64,000 nucleotides of DNA from Deltaproteobacteria bacterium. GTDB taxonomy: Bacteria; JAMCPX01. Below, one piece after another: positions 59,021 to 64,000 of the stretch. The position numbers and the translations under genes were made by a program. The DNA is taken from positions 4,838-68,837 of the forward strand of contig JAMCPX010000017.1 in the NCBI GenBank assembly GCA_023382265.1, in the 5' to 3' direction. The first letter of the stretch is position 1, and every line of letters begins with the position of its first letter. The notes beneath the pieces are model-generated. The model saw nothing but the letters and a program-made list of their open reading frames with translations, was not told where the DNA came from and searched no databases.

Positions 59021-61585
59021 ATGAATACAGGAGTAAAAACAAGAATCTTATTAGCATCTTTTTTGCTGATAATAATAACTATTATAGGCTCGTGTGGTGG
59101 GGCAAAACCTGTACCAGGTGGAGATAAAAATATCATAGGCAATATAGATATATCTGATCAAAGTAATGCAACAATAATAACTATAGAAGGCAGCCTTCCT
59201 CCTGTTTATACAATATTTAAGATGACTAATCCGTTAAGGATAGCGGTTGACTTAACCAATGTAGATATTTCAGAGGTATCAAAGAAATTGGCGATAGACA
59301 ATGGCGTAATAAATAAGATCACCGTAAACAAAGGTAAAGGCTCCAATAGTGGCAGAATCGAGATAGGGCTGGATAAGCTTGTAGATTATAACAGCTCTGT
59401 GCAGGGTAGTAATCTTATTATAAATGTCTCTAAAAAATCTACTTCATCAACAAATAATATGTTACCGGAACTTGGAGAACCTTCTGCAACAGGAATGGAG
59501 ATGTCGCCGCAAACCCAGAGTACCCCGGGAACCCAGGAAGGTTTACAACCCATTCAGGGATTAGCAGAAACTGCTCCGTCTATTCAGCCGTTGAGTGGGC
59601 AGTCACAGTCATTAATTCCTTCCCCGGAGGAAGCGGGTACAATGTCTACTGCACCAGCTATTGAAGAGCAGCCGGTTGCTGTAGAATCTGTTACACAGAC
59701 TGCACAGCCTCCAGCAGCGCAGCCGTTGGGAGAACAGCCTTTGCCAGAACAGCCGTCACTTATGCCTGAATCTCCTCAAACCACTGTAACACCTGCTGTA
59801 CCTGTTGTTGAGGAGCCTCCTTCGCAGCAAGCATTACAGCAGCCTGTGGCGAGTAAGATAATTGATGTAAAGTATGGATCATCAGATGGGAAAACAGTTG
59901 TTAAACTTATAGGTAATGGTGTAATAGGTAATTATAACGCATTTCGTCTTAGTAACCCTCCAAGATTGGTTATTGATGTTCTGAATGTGGGTAGTCTATA
60001 TCCTCAAAAAGAGGTGTCGGTAGGGACGAACGATGTTGAAAGAGTGAGGATTGGACAGTATCCCGATAAGGTCAGATATGTTTTTGATACACAAAGATCG
60101 CAATTTCCATCTTATGCAATAAATAAAAAAGGTAACGAGTTGGTTGTGTCTGTTGGTTCCGGGGTACAGGCAGAAGGTAAAGTTATTATCTCTCAACCCG
60201 AAAACCAGATTCCCGGGGCTCCGCCTCCTCAACAGATTTCTTCAGTTTCAAAATCTCCTGTCATGTTTTCACCGGCAGAACTTGGAATGAAAAAATATTA
60301 TACAGGCAGAAAAATTTCTTTAGATTTTAAAGATGCGGATATCCAGGATATTTTAAGAATAATAGCAGAAGTTGCCAATAAAAACATTATTACAAGTGAA
60401 AATGTCCAGGGTAAAATTACAATTAGAATGATCAATGTACCGTGGGATCAAGCACTTGATATTATACTACAAACAAATAAGCTCGGTATGGTTCAGGTTG
60501 GGAATATTATTCGGATAGCCCCATTATCAGAACTAAGGAAGGAAGAAGAGGCTCAACTCGAATCTAAACAAAAACAGGAAAAACTTGAAGCGCTCGTTAC
60601 AAGAATTATTCCCGTTAATTATGCAAAAGCTTCAGACTTGGCTGCACAGGTAAAAACCCTTCTAACTTCGAGAGGCAGTGTAAATATTGACACAAGGACC
60701 AATTCAATTATTGTTAAGGATGTCCCGAAGGTTGTGAGCGAATCTGAGCAGCTTGTTAAAGCTCTTGATCTTCAGACACCGGAGGTTCTTATTGAAGCGA
60801 GAATTGTTGAGGCTAATACGAATTTTTCAAGACAACTTGGAGTGCAATGGGGCGGTACTTACAACGCAAGTCCTGCTTATGGTAATGCAACAGGGCTTTC
60901 TTTCCCAAACACTATTGGTATTAGCGGACCAATCAATAAAGCGTCCTCAACCGGTGTGCCTAATCCTTTAACAGGCGGTGTAGGCTCGAGCGGTAGTAAT
61001 TTTCTTGTAAATCTTCCTGCAGCAGTAGGTGTTGGTAGTGGCGGTGGTATAGGTATGACGTTTGGTAACCTCACGAATAGTTTCTTACTGGATCTACAAT
61101 TAAGCGCTATGGAACAAACCGGTGAAGGTAAGATCATATCAAGCCCTAAGGTAACAACACTCGATAATACTCAGGCAAAGATTCAGCAAGGTTTATCAAT
61201 ACCATATCAGACAGTTTCTCAGATGGGTACGCAGACCCAATTTATAGATGCAGTGTTAAGTCTTGAAGTCACCCCACATATAACTGCCAATGGCAGCATT
61301 ATAATGAAGATTCAGGTGGAGAATGATGCACCTAATACATCAATACTCAGCGCCGGCGGTGTCCCGAGTATATCAAAGAAAGAAGCTAATACGCAAGTTT
61401 TGGTAAAGAATGGAGAAACTACTGTGATTGGAGGGATCTATCAAATGTCGCGTTCAAAAACGGTATCGGGTGTCCCGTGGTTCTACAAAATCCCTATTAT
61501 AGGTTGGTTATTTAAGAATACTTCATCAACAAATCAAACTACCGAACTGATAGTGTTTATTACACCGAGAATAGTTAATCAATAA
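59021..61585 (+). CDS. pilQ: type IV pilus secretin PilQ (AMIN domains, Pro/Gln-rich linker, N0/N1, secretin domain)
   Basis: Two AMIN-like beta domains and a long PQ-rich spacer. The secretin C-terminal signature follows (VLVKNGETTVIGGIYQ...VSGVPWFYKIPIIGWLFK...ELIVFITPRIV). Confidence 0.9.
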   Translation: MNTGVKTRILLASFLLIIITIIGSCGGAKPVPGGDKNIIGNIDISDQSNATIITIEGSLPPVYTIFKMTNPLRIAVDLTNVDISEVSKKLAIDNGVINKITVNKGKGSNSGRIEIGLDKLVDYNSSVQGSNLIINVSKKSTSSTNNMLPELGEPSATGMEMSPQTQSTPGTQEGLQPIQGLAETAPSIQPLSGQSQSLIPSPEEAGTMSTAPAIEEQPVAVESVTQTAQPPAAQPLGEQPLPEQPSLMPESPQTTVTPAVPVVEEPPSQQALQQPVASKIIDVKYGSSDGKTVVKLIGNGVIGNYNAFRLSNPPRLVIDVLNVGSLYPQKEVSVGTNDVERVRIGQYPDKVRYVFDTQRSQFPSYAINKKGNELVVSVGSGVQAEGKVIISQPENQIPGAPPPQQISSVSKSPVMFSPAELGMKKYYTGRKISLDFKDADIQDILRIIAEVANKNIITSENVQGKITIRMINVPWDQALDIILQTNKLGMVQVGNIIRIAPLSELRKEEEAQLESKQKQEKLEALVTRIIPVNYAKASDLAAQVKTLLTSRGSVNIDTRTNSIIVKDVPKVVSESEQLVKALDLQTPEVLIEARIVEANTNFSRQLGVQWGGTYNASPAYGNATGLSFPNTIGISGPINKASSTGVPNPLTGGVGSSGSNFLVNLPAAVGVGSGGGIGMTFGNLTNSFLLDLQLSAMEQTGEGKIISSPKVTTLDNTQAKIQQGLSIPYQTVSQMGTQTQFIDAVLSLEVTPHITANGSIIMKIQVENDAPNTSILSAGGVPSISKKEANTQVLVKNGETTVIGGIYQMSRSKTVSGVPWFYKIPIIGWLFKNTSSTNQTTELIVFITPRIVNQ

Positions 61586-62769
61586 TGATTCGGTATTTTA
61601 CTGGCGGGGAATCCCATGGTAAAGGGCTGATTGCCATAATTGATGGATTCCCTGCGGGTCTTTTTGTTGATGTTAATGAAATCAACTCACAACTATCCAA
61701 AAGACAAAGCGGTTATGGTAGAGGGAAAAGGATGTTAATCGAGGGAGATCGGATTATTCTTTTATCCGGCGTAAGAGGCGGGTATACGTTGGGATCACCC
61801 ATATCACTGTACATAGAGAATAAGGACTTTATCAACTGGCAGGATATTATGGATCCAGATATAGCCTCAGAAAAAAAACTTGTTTCCCTTCCGAGACCAG
61901 GACATGCCGATCTATCCGGCGGGATCAAATATAACCATCACGATTTAAGGAATGTTCTTGAAAGGGCAAGTGCGAGGGAAACCGCTATCAGAACTTCGGT
62001 AGGAAGCCTTTCTAAATTATTATTAAAAGAACTTAATATAGAACTTTATAGCTTTGTTGTATCTATTGGTGACATAAATATAGATCAAGATATTCTTCCT
62101 CAAAAATCACTCGGCAGCAAATACCTTAAAAAGCTAAACAGGCTTATAGCAGCGGATCAACATATGTTATGGATGCCTGATACTAAGGCAAGTCTCAATG
62201 CTGTAAAAAAAATTGAAGGTGCGAAGAAGAACGGTGACACTCTTGGAGGTGTATTTGAAATCAGGGCAACAAATGTACCTCCCGGTATAGGCTCTTATGT
62301 GCAATGGGATAGAAAACTCGATGCAAGAATAGCGATGGCACTTATGAGTGTGCAGGCAATAAAAGCAGTAGAGGTGGGGGATGGTTTCAAAAATGCGTTT
62401 AAATATGGCTCGGATGTGCATGACGAGATTTTTTATAAAGGTAACTATGGATTTTTCAGAAAAACGGATCGGGCTGGCGGCATAGAGGGCGGAGTGACAA
62501 ATGGTGAAGAGCTAATAGTGAGGGCTTACATGAAGCCTATATCTACACTCTATAAACCGCTTAAAAGTGTGGATGTTGTAACGAAGGAACCGGGCAATGC
62601 TGCTGTGGAAAGATCGGATATTTGCGCTGTGCCTGCTGCGTCTGTTGTAGGCGAGGCAGTGATTGCAATAGAATTGGCAAATGCGATAATGGAAAAATTT
62701 GGTGGAGATTCAATAATTGAACTAAAGAGAAACTATAAATCGTATCTATCTTATATGGAAAAATATTAA
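61585..62769 (+). CDS. aroC: chorismate synthase
   Basis: GESHG N-terminal motif, RPGHADL, and ERASARETA blocks. It overlaps the pilQ stop by 1 nt. Confidence 0.9.
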   Translation: MIRYFTGGESHGKGLIAIIDGFPAGLFVDVNEINSQLSKRQSGYGRGKRMLIEGDRIILLSGVRGGYTLGSPISLYIENKDFINWQDIMDPDIASEKKLVSLPRPGHADLSGGIKYNHHDLRNVLERASARETAIRTSVGSLSKLLLKELNIELYSFVVSIGDINIDQDILPQKSLGSKYLKKLNRLIAADQHMLWMPDTKASLNAVKKIEGAKKNGDTLGGVFEIRATNVPPGIGSYVQWDRKLDARIAMALMSVQAIKAVEVGDGFKNAFKYGSDVHDEIFYKGNYGFFRKTDRAGGIEGGVTNGEELIVRAYMKPISTLYKPLKSVDVVTKEPGNAAVERSDICAVPAASVVGEAVIAIELANAIMEKFGGDSIIELKRNYKSYLSYMEKY

Positions 62770-62775
62770 TTATGT

Positions 62776-63276
62776 ATGGAACACATTATATTGGTCGGAA
62801 TGATGGGATCGGGCAAAACAACAATAGGAAATCTTGTAGCAAAAAAGAGCGGAAGGAATTTTATGGATACGGATACGATCATAGAACAAGAGGATGCTAT
62901 GTCCATATCTGATATAATGGTTTTGCGGGGAGAGTCTTACTTCAGGGCATTAGAGAGGAGAATTATTTTATCTATTGGGGTAACGAAGCCGTTTGTCATA
63001 TCAACCGGCGGCGGAGCTGTAATGGATTACGATATATTTAATTTTTTAAAGAAATTGGGTAAAGTCGTTTATCTTAAAGCAAGTCCGGAAACTCTTTACA
63101 GGCGTGTTGCCAACACCGAGAATAGACCGCTTCTCAGAAATGGGGATAGACTTTTGACTATACGGAAACTTTTACAAGAAAGAGAAGGGCGATATCTTGA
63201 ATCGGACATTGTTATTGAAACGGATAACCGTTCTCATGATGAGATTGCGGATGAAATCATTAAAAAGGTTTTATGA
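62776..63276 (+). CDS. aroK: shikimate kinase
   Basis: Walker A (GMMGSGKTTIG), ISTGGGAV, and 166 aa. Confidence 0.85.
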   Translation: MEHIILVGMMGSGKTTIGNLVAKKSGRNFMDTDTIIEQEDAMSISDIMVLRGESYFRALERRIILSIGVTKPFVISTGGGAVMDYDIFNFLKKLGKVVYLKASPETLYRRVANTENRPLLRNGDRLLTIRKLLQEREGRYLESDIVIETDNRSHDEIADEIIKKVL

Positions 63277-63500
63277 ATACCGATGTAATAAATGTAAAAA
63301 TCAGCATGAACGATTGCGGCTATAAAATACTTATAACGGATGAATTAACGATTCATTCATTGATCGATTACATTAAGGAAATGGATTTCAGGAATTTAAT
63401 CGTGCTGATTAATCTTGTGGTAAAACGCCTTTATATATCTACAATTGAATCTGCGTTAGATATCTTAAAACAAAAAAAGGATATAATACGTATTGAGTAA
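63273..63500 (+). pseudogene. aroB: truncated 3-dehydroquinate synthase (aroB) N-terminal remnant, 75 codons
   Basis: The pilMNOPQ-aroK-aroB order is conserved and the start overlaps aroK by 4 nt. The N-terminal pattern (VKISMNDCGYKILITDELT...NLIVLINLVVKRLYI) resembles the AroB N-terminus (xVxLGERSYPIxIGxGL...VxLVTNETLAPLY). A stop falls at 63498-63500 with no continuation in any frame. Confidence 0.35.
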
Positions 63501-63630
63501 AATTATAGATTATGATAAAAAGGATATCGGAGGAATGATAAATCTGGTTTTACTTGAGAAGATAGATAAACTACGGGTTATGAAACTCGGGAAAAATGAA
63601 TTTAAAAAAATATTAACGGAGGTTAGACTA

Positions 63631-64000
63631 TGAAGTTTAGATTATTTTTTGAAACGATGCTAATTGGTTCAATAATTGCTATTATGGGTTGCGGTGCTAA
63701 TCAAGCTCCGAATACTGCTGTGTTAAGCATTAATCCATCCAGTATTAGTGTACCATATCAACCCAATGAAAACCCGTCTCAGGATTACTGTATTATAACC
63801 ACTGTATCAGGTCCATCGCAGGTACAGCAGCCTGGTGTTACACAGAGTAATACTAATTTATTGCCTATGAATGGTATACAGGTAAAATATGATTCTCCAT
63901 ACGCGTTAGGTGAAATGAACGGAGGGGTAGGATATCTGGGATTCCTTGATAAGGGTAATCCATCTCCGGCACCTTATTATAATACAACAAACAGTCAAGG
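63631..64000 (+). CDS. lipoprotein, 5' part (continues beyond the window end)
   Basis: GGAGG RBS, then MKFRLFFETMLIGSIIAIMGCGANQ (lipobox). It stays open to the end of the window. Confidence 0.4.

Overview
This is an AT-rich bacterial chromosomal segment of about 64 kb, with very roughly 60% A+T judged by eye and not computed. Genes are densely packed and mostly intact.

The content points to an anaerobic Gram-negative organism of the Desulfobacterota or Nitrospirota type. That inference rests on a eukaryotic-type citrate synthase, a secreted nonaheme c-type cytochrome lipoprotein, MqnC of the futalosine menaquinone route, a DUF4388 protein, standalone MshEN-domain proteins, and a pilMNOPQ-aroCK arrangement.

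Gene content, from start to end:
- A partial TonB-dependent receptor runs off the 5' end of the window on the minus strand.
- Two MBL-fold hydrolases flank marC and acyP, followed by glycerate kinase.
- An 11-gene, tightly overlapping chemosensory operon lies on the minus strand (5.8-18.8 kb). It carries cheB, cheR, an MCP, two cheW copies, cheA and cheY. It also carries atypical accessories: a HEAT-repeat protein, a zinc-ribbon-REC protein, an ExeA/GspA-like AAA ATPase, and a DUF4388-pseudoreceiver-GAF protein.
- pfkA, a nine-heme cytochrome c lipoprotein, and citrate synthase with a near-consensus promoter.
- A dienelactone hydrolase pseudogene next to tRNA-Arg(ACG).
- A ferritin-VIT1 fusion, mscS, and a Ser/Thr kinase fused to a formylglycine-generating-enzyme domain.
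- plsC, a LolA-like protein, TPR proteins, a PLD-family protein, and a TPR plus periplasmic-binding-protein protein.
- hsp20, lon, thiL, larB, a GAF-PAS-PAS-HisKA-only sensor, and mqnC.
- A cecR/ybhGFSR-like efflux operon (TetR, HlyD, two ABC ATPases, two ABC-2 permeases).
- A YeaQ-like small membrane protein, a TonB-like protein, and groEL without groES.
- Two tandem paralogous MshEN-domain proteins that look like c-di-GMP receptors.
- A sigma54-dependent response regulator, a lipoprotein, an XRE regulator, pilM with a frameshift in a G9 tract, pilNOPQ, aroC, aroK, and a truncated aroB remnant.

No CRISPR array, integrase or transposase was seen.
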